From NCBI GenBank assembly GCA_050950825.1, contig JBMNIH010000007.1, forward strand, positions 32,001 through 96,000: a DNA stretch of 64,000 bases, given 5' to 3'. Source of the DNA: Clostridia bacterium. Its GTDB lineage: Bacteria > Bacillota > Clostridia > JAAYHZ01. Below, piece after piece: positions 1 through 9,825 of this stretch. The notes under the pieces were generated by a model. The model was not told the DNA's origin and did not search any database. It saw only the letters and a program-made list of their open reading frames with translations. Within the stretch, counting starts at the first letter, position 1. Each line of letters begins with the position of its first letter. Position numbers and translations under genes: made by a program.

Positions 1-91
1 AATTACTACAAGTCCGGGAAGTAATTCATGGCTACTCGGGTTGTAGTATGATATAATATATTACAAAATAAAGAAAAGGATGTTGTGTGAT

Positions 92-946
92 ATGATAATA
101 ACCGGTATTGGCGATGAATCGGGCAAGAGCCTACAAGCCCAAATTAAGGCGCATAAGGAATTAGGATGGGATGCAATCGAGCTTCGCTTGGTTGACGGTG
201 TCAATGTTTCCACAACCCAATTTCCCGATGACAAATTTGAGGAAGTCGTAGAAACGTTGGCTGCAAATAATATGAAGGTAGCGGGCTTTGCATCGGCCAT
301 TGGCAACTGGAGCCGTCCCATTAACGGAGACTTTTCCATCGACGTAGAAGACCTGAAGGTGGCTGCAAAAAGAATGAACCGTTTGGGAACCAAGTACATT
401 CGCGTAATGTCTTGGGTGGAAAAGGATCTCCCCGAGCCGGAGCTTCGCAAGGAAGTGATTCGCAGATTGAAGGAATTGACCAAAATTGCGGAATCCGAAG
501 GAATTTACATTGCTCATGAAAACTGCACGGGCTGGGGTGGCCGCAGCGCCAATCACATGCTGGAATTGAAGGAGGAAATCAACAGCCCCAATTTCGTACT
601 TCTTTATGATATCGGTAACGTGGTTTCCTACGGATACGATCCTATGGATTTCTTTAAAGTCATCCGCGGACACTTTGCCTACATCCATGTCAAGGATGCC
701 ATCGCGGTTCCCGGACAGCATTCGGATAAATTCCGCTACTGCGGCGAAGGGGATGCCAAAGTGAAGGAAATATTGGAAACGGTTATTAAAGAAGACGGCT
801 ACGACGGCGTTATCTCCATCGAGCCCCACATTGCGGCCATTGTTCATTCCGGTGAAGGAAGAGAAAAGACCGACGAAGAATTGAGCCAATCCTATATCAC
901 ATACGGCAGAAAGCTGCAGGGGATATTGGATGAAATATTAAAATAA
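92..946 (+). CDS. sugar phosphate isomerase/epimerase (AP endonuclease 2 / xylose isomerase-like TIM barrel)
   Basis: GWDAIEL, AHEN, LLYDIGN, YIHVKD and ISIEPH metal-binding motifs of the family; ATG at 92 chosen over 80 from spacing to AAAGGA. Confidence 0.85.
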   Translation: MIITGIGDESGKSLQAQIKAHKELGWDAIELRLVDGVNVSTTQFPDDKFEEVVETLAANNMKVAGFASAIGNWSRPINGDFSIDVEDLKVAAKRMNRLGTKYIRVMSWVEKDLPEPELRKEVIRRLKELTKIAESEGIYIAHENCTGWGGRSANHMLELKEEINSPNFVLLYDIGNVVSYGYDPMDFFKVIRGHFAYIHVKDAIAVPGQHSDKFRYCGEGDAKVKEILETVIKEDGYDGVISIEPHIAAIVHSGEGREKTDEELSQSYITYGRKLQGILDEILK

Positions 947-965
947 CTAATATTTGGAGGGTACT

Positions 966-1733
966 ATGAGTTTAGTAAAAACAATAAAAGCGGATCGTTT
1001 GACCGTTAAGATTTACGATTCGAGAAAGGCCATGGGCGATGCCGCTGCAGCCGACGTTGCGGCAAAGATTAAGGAAATAGCGAATGAAAAAGGCGAAGTC
1101 AATATGATTTTTGCTTCCGCTCCTTCTCAAAACGAGTTCTTAGCCGGCTTATTGGCGGATAAAGATATTCCTTGGGAAAAAGTTAACACATTCCATATGG
1201 ATGAATACATCGGCCTTGACAAGGATGCTCCTCAAGGATTCGGTAACTTTATTCGCGACAGGCTGTGGGGAAAAGTGAACCTCAAATCTGCAAATTACTT
1301 AAACGGAAATGCGGAAGACCTGAAAGCCGAATGCGAAAGATATGCCGGACTTTTGGCCGCTCATCCCATTGACATCGTTTGTATGGGTATCGGCGAAAAC
1401 GGCCACTTGGCATTTAACGACCCCGGTATCGCAAAATTCGGTGACACCGAAGTGGTTAAAGTGGTGAAGCTGGACGAAGTATGCAGACAACAGCAAGTCA
1501 ACGACGGATGCTTCGCATCCATCGATTTGGTACCTACCCATGCGTTGTCCTTAACCATTCCTACGTTGGTAGACAAGGGATGGCTGTACTGCATCGTGCC
1601 TGCGAAGACAAAGGCCAGAGCCGTATACGACACGGTGAAGGGTTATGTGAACGAATTGGTTCCGGCTACCATTTTAAGAACAAAGGACAAGGCTACCTTG
1701 TACTTGGATCCGGACAGCAGCTACTTGCTGTAA
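966..1733 (+). CDS. nagB: glucosamine-6-phosphate deaminase / NagB-family protein
   Basis: FHMDEYIG and MGIGENGHLAFNDP motifs; GGAGG RBS before ATG at about 966. Confidence 0.75.
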   Translation: MSLVKTIKADRLTVKIYDSRKAMGDAAAADVAAKIKEIANEKGEVNMIFASAPSQNEFLAGLLADKDIPWEKVNTFHMDEYIGLDKDAPQGFGNFIRDRLWGKVNLKSANYLNGNAEDLKAECERYAGLLAAHPIDIVCMGIGENGHLAFNDPGIAKFGDTEVVKVVKLDEVCRQQQVNDGCFASIDLVPTHALSLTIPTLVDKGWLYCIVPAKTKARAVYDTVKGYVNELVPATILRTKDKATLYLDPDSSYLL

Positions 1734-1756
1734 TCAATGTAAATAAAGTATGCATT

Positions 1757-1790
1757 AAGCGGCGGCGACGAGATGTAACCGCCGCTTTTT
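1757..1790 (+). terminator. rho-independent terminator
   Basis: AAGCGGCGG...CCGCCGCTT stem followed by a T run. Confidence 0.75.
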
Positions 1791-1896
1791 GTATCAAGAA
1801 TTTTGTCTTAAGGGAAGTAAGTGGTAACCTATGTGACCGGTGTTATGTAAAGAATATGGTATAATAGTGAAAAATATGATAAAGGAGGCCGAAAAA

Positions 1897-2316
1897 ATGA
1901 AAGCGGTATATACTACGCAAGTAACGAACACCGGAGGTCGCAACGGACGATCCTATGTTCCGGACGGAAGTTTTTCGGTTGATGTTGCCAAACCCAAGGA
2001 AATGGGCGGTGACGCTACAAATGCCACCAATCCCGAGCAGTTGTTTGCCGCTGCCTACAGCGCTTGTTTTAACGGTGCCCTGCAGTTGGTACTGGAAAGA
2101 GCGAGGGTAAAGTACGAGTCGAGTAAAGTAACGGCTATTGTATCGTTGGTAGAGGATCCGATTGACAAGGGACTGAAGCTTTCCGCGCGTATCCAAGCCG
2201 CTATCGACGGCGTGGACAAAGAAACGGCGGAGAAGTATGTAAAGCTGGCACACAACATTTGCCCTTACTCGAAAGCCGTGAAAGGAAACGTGGAGGTCGA
2301 AATCGAAGTCCTATAG
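1897..2316 (+). CDS. ohr: organic hydroperoxide resistance protein (Ohr/OsmC family)
   Basis: GGRNG, TNPEQLFAAAYSACF and ICPYSKA with both catalytic Cys; AAGGAGG RBS. Confidence 0.92.
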   Translation: MKAVYTTQVTNTGGRNGRSYVPDGSFSVDVAKPKEMGGDATNATNPEQLFAAAYSACFNGALQLVLERARVKYESSKVTAIVSLVEDPIDKGLKLSARIQAAIDGVDKETAEKYVKLAHNICPYSKAVKGNVEVEIEVL

Positions 2317-2338
2317 CCTCAATATTAAAGCTTGGAAT

Positions 2339-2364
2339 AAAAAAGGAGCTTTTCGCTCCTTTTT
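2339..2364. terminator. bidirectional terminator between convergent genes
   Basis: AAAAAAGGAGC-TTTTC-GCTCCTTTTT. Confidence 0.8.
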
Positions 2365-2373
2365 CTTGTACCT

Positions 2374-4332
2374 TTATTTAAGAGGTATTTTCAGGATTTG
2401 GCCGACAACGATGGGATCGTCGTCTTTTAAATTGTTGTATTCTTGAATGATTTTGTACTTATTCCCGTCGTTGTATACTTTTCTGCTGATCTCGATTAAA
2501 TAATCGCCGGGCTGTACCACGTAGAGCTCGAATTCCGTACCGTCCTCGTCGACGAGGGGAGGAATATACAATTTTTGGCCTACAGTAAGATCGGTACCCT
2601 GCAAGTTGTTGTATTCCACGATGACGTGATAATATTCATCCACTCCGTAAAAATCCTTGCTAATTTTTCTTAAATAATCCCCGGCTTGAACGATATATTC
2701 CCTAACGCCTTTGTAACCGTTTGCTCCCGTTGTCTGAGAAGAAGAGGTCGTTGCGGTTTGGGTTGCGGTTGTCGTTTCCGCCGTTGTCGTAACGGGTTGT
2801 GTCGTTTCCACCGGATTGCCGCCCGGCTGTGTCGTTTCGATTCGAGTTCCGTTGTGTCCTTCAACGGATATTTCGTATTTATTGTTATCGTCGGATATTT
2901 CGTTGTTTACTTCTTGTACGTTTCGGTCGTCGAAAAACCGGAATACGTTAATTAAACCGTATGCTACGAATACCATAACGGCAAACAAGAGGAAGAACAA
3001 AAGCACGGTTTTGACGGGAAAACGAAGCTGTTTTCGAACGGCTTTCGTTTTTTCGTTAACCGACGGCTTCTTGTTTGCAGAAGGATAAACGAGCTTTTCT
3101 TTGGAAGCCGGTGCCGCCGGTTTCTCTTCCGGTTTTTTCTTCAAGGGAATATCCCGGTCCTTCTTTTTTGCCAAGCGGATGAACGGAATTTTTATCTCTT
3201 TGGGTTTTTGATCCTTTTGCTCTTTGTCTTTTTCCTTATGCTTCCGAACAGGCTTGATGATTACGGGGGCCTCCTTAGGTGGCTTTACGGGTTCCTTCTC
3301 GGATTCTTCTTTGGGTTTTACGCGGTCGAAGCTGCTTTTTAACAACTGTTTCGAAATTTCTTCGGCTAAAGAGTTGCTTTTTGCGGGTTCTTCCGCTTCC
3401 TCTTCTTGCTCTTTTTCATCCGGTTCTTCCGACTCCTCTATCTCCTCGAACTCATCGGATTCTTCCGGTTTTTCCGTCATTTCTTCGATTTCTTCATCTT
3501 CAATTTCTTCAATCTCGATTTCTTTCGTTTCCTTTTTTCCGGTTATCGAAGTTCCCGGTTTTTCTTTCCCTTTAAACCAGTTCAATATTAAGGGCTCCGA
3601 TTTTTTCGTTTCCTTTTCTTCCTTGAATTCCTTTACGGAATCTATCGGCTTGATTTCCGGACGTTCCACATCCATAAAAAAGTCAAGGACTTCATTTTTG
3701 ATGGCGGAATATTCCAAAGCCATTCTTTCTAAGGTTTCAAAGCGGCCGAAAGCCGCTTTTACAACAAAAGCATCGATTTGATTGGGGCAATTTTTTACGT
3801 CGGAAAACAATTCGTACAGGATGTTCCCTGTTGCCGAGATATATTTCGCATCGGTGATGAGATAAGGTGTATTGTTAAAGTCCAAATAGAAGTTCACGTT
3901 CACCGCATCATTACCGAGGATAACGGTATTGCCGATATTCATCGCCGTGATTTTTAACATGGGGGGATAAACATTCAGACTAATGGCTTTTTCAATCAGT
4001 TTTTCCCCGATATCCAACCGTTCGAATAAATCCGGATTGTTATTGGCCATATATTTACGCAGCTCAATACCGTTGTGGTATTCGAACACCACATACAAAT
4101 CGGACTCATGAGTAAAAAGCTCAATGAAATCCCTGTGGATATCGTGATTCAGTTCTTGGCAAATCTCGGCGGCTTTCTCTTTGATACTATCGGTTTTGAA
4201 TCGATTGACCGTATATAGTAAATTGTCGGATTCGCTTTGGCAAATATATATACTGATATCTTCCGTTTCTAATACTATTTTTTTTACAAGATAATGATTT
4301 CCAACCTTTAAATCGTTATAATATGAATTCAT
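2374..4332 (-). CDS. membrane protein: N-terminal degenerate protein-kinase-like domain, acidic/Lys-Pro linker, one TM helix, Thr-rich stalk, two C-terminal LysM domains
   Basis: LYVVFEYHNGIEL and GNILYELF resemble kinase subdomains V and IX; TM TVLLFFLLFAVMVFVAYGL; LysM repeats YIVQAGDYL...GQKLYIP and YVVQPGDYL...GQILKIP. Confidence 0.8.
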   Translation of the reverse strand: MNSYYNDLKVGNHYLVKKIVLETEDISIYICQSESDNLLYTVNRFKTDSIKEKAAEICQELNHDIHRDFIELFTHESDLYVVFEYHNGIELRKYMANNNPDLFERLDIGEKLIEKAISLNVYPPMLKITAMNIGNTVILGNDAVNVNFYLDFNNTPYLITDAKYISATGNILYELFSDVKNCPNQIDAFVVKAAFGRFETLERMALEYSAIKNEVLDFFMDVERPEIKPIDSVKEFKEEKETKKSEPLILNWFKGKEKPGTSITGKKETKEIEIEEIEDEEIEEMTEKPEESDEFEEIEESEEPDEKEQEEEAEEPAKSNSLAEEISKQLLKSSFDRVKPKEESEKEPVKPPKEAPVIIKPVRKHKEKDKEQKDQKPKEIKIPFIRLAKKKDRDIPLKKKPEEKPAAPASKEKLVYPSANKKPSVNEKTKAVRKQLRFPVKTVLLFFLLFAVMVFVAYGLINVFRFFDDRNVQEVNNEISDDNNKYEISVEGHNGTRIETTQPGGNPVETTQPVTTTAETTTATQTATTSSSQTTGANGYKGVREYIVQAGDYLRKISKDFYGVDEYYHVIVEYNNLQGTDLTVGQKLYIPPLVDEDGTEFELYVVQPGDYLIEISRKVYNDGNKYKIIQEYNNLKDDDPIVVGQILKIPLK

Positions 4333-4469
4333 AAAATTCACCAACCCCCGAATTTAGTATAATCAATATTATTTAATTAAGCAAGAAAAAAGGTGTACAT
4401 ATTGTACGATTTGGTTTTTTTCCATGCTATAATGGTTACATAAAATATATATTGGGATTGGGATCATAT

Positions 4470-5615
4470 ATGTTAAGAAAAAACGGCTTTTTTATCTTAC
4501 TGGTTATCGCCATAGCATCTTCGTTGATAATCGCAAATGCAAATATTAAGACGGATATTGTAACCGCTTCTTCTTTTTATGATCACGTACAAAATGCCAT
4601 TACCGACGGGGACGGAAACCTTTGGGTGCTGTACCGTCACGACAAGGGATACACCGTGATTCAATACACGCCGAAAGGTGAAATAGGGAAAATTACGGAG
4701 CTTAAAGCAAAAGGTAAGGATACCGGTATCTTGGCCGAGCACATGTATGTGGATAAAGATAAAAATCTATTTGTCACGAAAAGCTATTTGGATAATACCA
4801 CGGGATTGGTGGAGAGCGAAACGGTAATCATGATCAAAGAGGATTCGGTGGAGGAGGTTTTCCGGATTCGTTACCGACAGGATGACAATGTTTGGCTTCC
4901 CGCCATCAGCCATATTTTCTGCGAGGGTAACAATTTATTTGTGGTTATGAACGAAATATCCGGCATCAAGGTATATTGCGTCAGCCTGTCCAATAAAGCG
5001 GCTTCCAAAACCGACGAATACATTCCCGCCGGCGACATCTATATCGACAGCGCCGTTCGCTTGGAAAACGGAACCGTTGTGTTTTCCACAAAAGAAGGCA
5101 ATGTATACGTGATTCGGAATAAAAAAGAGGCGGAGAAAATCTATCCGGTAAGCGGAAGCGGTTCGCGAATCGGCAAGCTGCAAGCGGTATCCGGAAACCG
5201 AGTACGGTTTTTGGATTACAATTCCGATTCTTATGTATCCATGGCATATATGGATTTTCCTCAAGAGGTCCTTTATCAAAAGGATGACGACCTTTTGGAG
5301 GATCCCCAAATCCTCTACAAGGATATTCAAGACCTGTTCACAAGCTCCCAAGGTCTTGTGGCGGCTTGGCTGAAGTACAAAGGGGATACCGTATTTTTGT
5401 ACGGCTCCATAAACAATTTAAAGATGCTCAACGCATCCAAAACCGCAGGGAAGGTAAAAACCGTAAATACCTTGGTCAAGGTGCTGATCGTTTTAGCCGC
5501 TTTTTGCGCCACCGTTGTATTATGGCAAATTTTCTTGTACTTTGACATTAAATATTTCAGAAAGAAAAGAATCGTCGTAAGGACGGTGCCGAGACCCGGT
5601 GCGGAAAAGCGGTAG
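4470..5615 (+). CDS. membrane-anchored extracellular beta-propeller-like hypothetical protein
   Basis: N-terminal signal/TM, repeated DxDGNLWV / VDKDKNLFV / EGNNLFV strands, C-terminal TM with basic tail. Confidence 0.6.
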   Translation: MLRKNGFFILLVIAIASSLIIANANIKTDIVTASSFYDHVQNAITDGDGNLWVLYRHDKGYTVIQYTPKGEIGKITELKAKGKDTGILAEHMYVDKDKNLFVTKSYLDNTTGLVESETVIMIKEDSVEEVFRIRYRQDDNVWLPAISHIFCEGNNLFVVMNEISGIKVYCVSLSNKAASKTDEYIPAGDIYIDSAVRLENGTVVFSTKEGNVYVIRNKKEAEKIYPVSGSGSRIGKLQAVSGNRVRFLDYNSDSYVSMAYMDFPQEVLYQKDDDLLEDPQILYKDIQDLFTSSQGLVAAWLKYKGDTVFLYGSINNLKMLNASKTAGKVKTVNTLVKVLIVLAAFCATVVLWQIFLYFDIKYFRKKRIVVRTVPRPGAEKR

Positions 5616-8600
5616 CTATTCCGTTTGCAGCAATTCCAATATTTCCTCCAAATCCAACCGATTCGGCACGGAATCTCCCGCTTCCAAAATGCTGTCCACG
5701 AGGGCTTGCTTTTTATCCTGCAGAGAAAGGATCTTATCTTCAATGGTACCCTTCGCCACCAGCCTGATGACGTGGACGGTTTTTTTCTGACCGATTCGGT
5801 GGGCTCTGTCGGTTGCTTGGTTCTCTACTGCCGGATTCCACCATGGGTCGTAGTGAATGACTACGTCGGCTCCGGTTAAGTTCAGTCCGAACCCTCCCGC
5901 TTTTAATGATATTAAAAACAATTGGCGTTCCCCTTCATTGAATCGATTCACCGAATCGATTCTTTCGTTTGCGGGAACGGTACCGTCCAGATAGAAATAC
6001 GTAAATCCTTGTTTATCCAACTCTTTTTTTAGTATGTCCAGCATGGATGTAAATTGAGAGAATACCAACACACGGTGGCCGGAGGTGACCGCCTGTTCCA
6101 CTACTTCGTTAAAAAGCTCAATCTTGCCGCTGCCTCCTTTGTAGTTATCGATAAACATGCTCGGGTGGCAGCAAATCTGCCTTAATCTCAGCAGCGTGGA
6201 TAAAATGGAAAATCGCTTTTGATTTATATCTTCGTCGCTTGATATTTGCTGTTTTGCCAAGGTCAGATAGGCCATATACAATTCTTTTTGTTCTTGGGTC
6301 AGCTCGCAATCCATCTTGGTAATGATCTTTTCCGGCAGCTCTTCCAGAACATCGGATTTGATTCTTCGGATGATGAAAGGCGATGTCATGGCTCGAAGCG
6401 TTCTTGTGACATCTTCTTCGTTTCCGTTTGCAAATCGTTTGTTGAACTTATGAAGAGAGCCGAAAAATCCGGGCATGATAAAGTCGAATACGGACCAAAG
6501 CTCTATAATATTGTTTTCAATGGGAGTTCCGGTCATGGCGATTCTCTTTTTCGCCCGTATGGTCTTAACGCCTTTGGCCCCGATGGACATGGGATTTTTA
6601 ATATGTTGGGACTCATCCAAAATGCAGTATTCGAATTCGATTCCTTCGTAAAGCTCCGCATCTCGTCGAATCATGCCGTAGGTTGTCAGCAGGATGTCCG
6701 TATCTTGGCAATCGTTTAACAAGGCTTCTCTTTGGGAAGGCGTCCCCGTTAAGGTTTGCACCGTCAGTGACGGTGTAAACTTCTCGATTTCTGCAACCCA
6801 ATTGTATGTCAATGACGTGGGTACCACGATCAAGGAAGGACGAGGCTTTAAACCGGCCTTTTGAAGGGATTCCTTATGTGCAAGGAGCAGCGTCAGAATC
6901 TGAAGGGTTTTTCCTAAGCCCATGTCGTCCGCCAAGATGACGCCCATTCCGCAATCGGTCATCTGCTTCATCCATTTAAAACCCGTCACTTGGTACCTTC
7001 TTAAAACGGGTACGAGGGATTCGGGTACGGTCAACCCGGACAGATCGTAATTACCGATATTCTCAATCAGCTTTTTGAAGGAGGGAGTTCCGGAAATATA
7101 GGTCCGAAGGGTTTCGTCCTTCAAAAGATTGTCCATGTAAAGGGCGCGGTAAACCGGTAAATGGGCTGAACGGTTGGCAATGTCGTTTCGTTCGATATCC
7201 AACCGGTCTAATATCTCGGCCCATTTGCTTCCTTGTTCGAAGTCCAGATCCAAGAATTCGCCGTTTTTTAATCGATAATACTTCTTTTTGTGTCGTATAC
7301 TGCTTAATAAACCGAAGAGGTCTTCCTCGCTCATATCCTCCGCCGTAAATTGAACATCAAGCCAGTTGTTCTCCACGCTCATGGTCATGAATAAGGAGGG
7401 TCGTCGGATAGGCATGTTTTTAAAGGCTTCGGAGTAGTATACCTGCCCGATTTCCAAAAACTTCGAAAGATCCCTTTTTAAAAATTCATATATTTTATCC
7501 CCGGAGCTTAATACGTACCGGTCCTTGTCCGGGACAAAGCCGCAGGATCGGATTAGGGATTGAAGCATCATTTCCTTTTGATAATTTCGCATCAGGTAGA
7601 TATCCTTATCCCCTTCCTTGATTTCATCCGTTGCTTGATTGATGACCGTGTTTCCGTATTTCAATTCCACGTCTAAAAGGATGTTGTTTCGGTATTTATC
7701 GAATTTGCATATAATCGTAAGCTCGTCGTTTACGATTTTTTTCATAAGCTTCTCGTCGATATCTACATGTCCTAAAGCGTTTAGCTTCGGAAGAACATGC
7801 ATAAAAAAGCCGCCGGTATGAGGTGCGGCGAATAAAAACCGGTCCTTTTGGTTGTCTGCCATCATTTTTTTTACGTTTTTCAGGACTTGAGCCGTTTGAC
7901 CTTTCGTACGTATCAAGCGGTCCTTTTCAATGACGTATTTTGCATTTTCACTGACCCAAACGTCTTTATCCAAACGAACGTCAAGCAGGATGGAAGATTG
8001 AACCTCTCGCAATTTGAATTCCACTTCAGGCTCGCCATCGCAATCGACGGTCAGCAATCGGCTCGGGTATCTTGTGAACTCAATATCGGTAGGATCGGTC
8101 AAACAAATATCCAAATATTTTTCCAGCATGACGCCGCTTAACAAAGCTTTTTTCCCGGATAACCGGCAGTCTTCTTTCCAAGGCTTGTCGTAGTGGCCTA
8201 CGGTATAGTACAAAAAGGATAAGAGCTTGTAATCTCTTTCGTTAAAACGGTGAATATCCGGAATGAAACGAAATTGCTTACCCGCTTCAAATTCCAAACC
8301 GTCAAAGACGGAATTCAAAAAGGAGTGAATATTCCGAATAACATAAAGCTTGGAAATACCCGCCTTAAACGATATTTCCGCACTCATCACATGTCGATAC
8401 GGATTATCAAAGGACGAGTTTTCGGTAAAAAATTCAACGGCTTGGGAAAGCCGTACGGTTTGCTTTGGGGACAAGTTTTCCGATGTATCGGCGTTTAAAG
8501 GTTTTTCGAATAATCGGATGACGGAGCGGTCCCCTAAGGCATACGGGGGATTCTCGAATTCCCCGGCATGATCGCGGGCCGAGGTTTCCAAAAGAACCGC

Positions 8601-8852
8601 TACCAAATGCTCGCATAACGACGAGCGCTTTTCATTGCATGAGCAGTTGCACTTCATTTGTTTTAATTCCAGAGAGTAATTGATTTTTATATCGTAAGCT
8701 TCACCGTATTCAACTTGTGCAAGTATCACGTTATTGAAATAGTCAATCTCGTATTTGGTTATATGATTATGGATGTAGTAAAAATAGCCTTTTTCAAATA
8801 TTTCCGCTTTCGTATGTTTTTTTAACAGCTCTTTTGATATATAAAGAATCAT
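5616..8852 (-). CDS. SWIM zinc finger-SNF2 family helicase/ATPase
   Basis: CNC...CEH SWIM motif; LADDMGLGKT, ILDESQ, TGTPIEN, QATDRAHRIGQ. Confidence 0.93.
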   Translation of the reverse strand: MILYISKELLKKHTKAEIFEKGYFYYIHNHITKYEIDYFNNVILAQVEYGEAYDIKINYSLELKQMKCNCSCNEKRSSLCEHLVAVLLETSARDHAGEFENPPYALGDRSVIRLFEKPLNADTSENLSPKQTVRLSQAVEFFTENSSFDNPYRHVMSAEISFKAGISKLYVIRNIHSFLNSVFDGLEFEAGKQFRFIPDIHRFNERDYKLLSFLYYTVGHYDKPWKEDCRLSGKKALLSGVMLEKYLDICLTDPTDIEFTRYPSRLLTVDCDGEPEVEFKLREVQSSILLDVRLDKDVWVSENAKYVIEKDRLIRTKGQTAQVLKNVKKMMADNQKDRFLFAAPHTGGFFMHVLPKLNALGHVDIDEKLMKKIVNDELTIICKFDKYRNNILLDVELKYGNTVINQATDEIKEGDKDIYLMRNYQKEMMLQSLIRSCGFVPDKDRYVLSSGDKIYEFLKRDLSKFLEIGQVYYSEAFKNMPIRRPSLFMTMSVENNWLDVQFTAEDMSEEDLFGLLSSIRHKKKYYRLKNGEFLDLDFEQGSKWAEILDRLDIERNDIANRSAHLPVYRALYMDNLLKDETLRTYISGTPSFKKLIENIGNYDLSGLTVPESLVPVLRRYQVTGFKWMKQMTDCGMGVILADDMGLGKTLQILTLLLAHKESLQKAGLKPRPSLIVVPTSLTYNWVAEIEKFTPSLTVQTLTGTPSQREALLNDCQDTDILLTTYGMIRRDAELYEGIEFEYCILDESQHIKNPMSIGAKGVKTIRAKKRIAMTGTPIENNIIELWSVFDFIMPGFFGSLHKFNKRFANGNEEDVTRTLRAMTSPFIIRRIKSDVLEELPEKIITKMDCELTQEQKELYMAYLTLAKQQISSDEDINQKRFSILSTLLRLRQICCHPSMFIDNYKGGSGKIELFNEVVEQAVTSGHRVLVFSQFTSMLDILKKELDKQGFTYFYLDGTVPANERIDSVNRFNEGERQLFLISLKAGGFGLNLTGADVVIHYDPWWNPAVENQATDRAHRIGQKKTVHVIRLVAKGTIEDKILSLQDKKQALVDSILEAGDSVPNRLDLEEILELLQTE

Positions 8853-9019
8853 TCCAACACTCCTGCGTAGTCTTTAATATTCTATTAAACCACGATTTGG
8901 AGAATAAATCAATGTAAAAAAGTGCTTAAATTATAATCTGTAACCATGAATTGACAAAGATATCTGCCGCCGGTATATTGACAATGACATACTCAATGCT
9001 TCTTGGAGGAAACCGACCC

Positions 9020-9823
9020 ATGATTATAATCAACCGGTATGAAAACAAGGACATCCGATCGGTTTTGTTTGACTTTGACGGAACCATCAGCTTGATTCGT
9101 CAAGGATGGCAGAACGTCATGATCCCCTACTTTGCCGAAGTACTGACCAAAACGCCGAAGGGCGGAACGTACGAAGAAGAATATCGTTGTGCCCGTGAAT
9201 TCGTGGAATTGACCACAGGAAAACAAACCATATACCAGTGCATGCAGTTAAACGACGAGGTTGTAAAAAGAGGAGGAGAATCCGTTGATCCTTACCAATA
9301 CAAGGAGGAGTACAACAGACGCTTGATGCTGCATATACGTCATCGTAGAGAAGCGCTTCAAAAAGGAGAAGCGGATGCGGATCAAATGATGGTACCCGGT
9401 GCCCGCCGGTTGCTGGAGCATCTGACCGAAAGAAAAATCATTCTTTACTTAGCCAGCGGAACGGATCATGAATACGTTCTGGAAGAAGCTTCTTTACTTA
9501 AAGTCGATTCCTATTTTAAAGGAAATATATTCGGTGCAAAACGAGATCCTCGGCTAAACTCAAAGGCCGGGGTGATTCGATCCATTTTACAAGACCACGG
9601 ACTGTCCGGATCGTCCATAGCTTGCTTTGGCGACGGATACGTGGAGATTGAAAATGTAAAAGAAGTGGGAGGAATCGCTATCGGCATAGCCGGATACGAA
9701 GAAAATCCTTGCACCGGCTGGGACGAATGGAAGAAAAACAGATTGACGAAAGCAGGAGCGGATGCTCTTGTTAAGGATCTTACGGACATCGACTCCGTTT
9801 TGGAATACTTATTCGGAGGTTAA
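9020..9823 (+). CDS. HAD-superfamily hydrolase (phosphatase)
   Basis: FDFDGT motif I, LASGT motif II, FGDGYVE motif IV; GGAGG RBS. Confidence 0.85.
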   Translation: MIIINRYENKDIRSVLFDFDGTISLIRQGWQNVMIPYFAEVLTKTPKGGTYEEEYRCAREFVELTTGKQTIYQCMQLNDEVVKRGGESVDPYQYKEEYNRRLMLHIRHRREALQKGEADADQMMVPGARRLLEHLTERKIILYLASGTDHEYVLEEASLLKVDSYFKGNIFGAKRDPRLNSKAGVIRSILQDHGLSGSSIACFGDGYVEIENVKEVGGIAIGIAGYEENPCTGWDEWKKNRLTKAGADALVKDLTDIDSVLEYLFGG

Positions 9824-9825
9824 AA

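Noticed and set aside
4-48. Imperfect inverted repeat TACTACAA...TTGTAGTA upstream of the first gene
   Set aside because: At the window edge with no context; could be a terminator, operator or chance, and cannot be classified
161-889. Long antisense ORFs opposite real genes (here and e.g. 3224-3781, 32143-32739) and the off-frame ORF 18759-19517 inside fucI
   Set aside because: Shadow frames of well-supported genes, with no RBS or recognisable motifs
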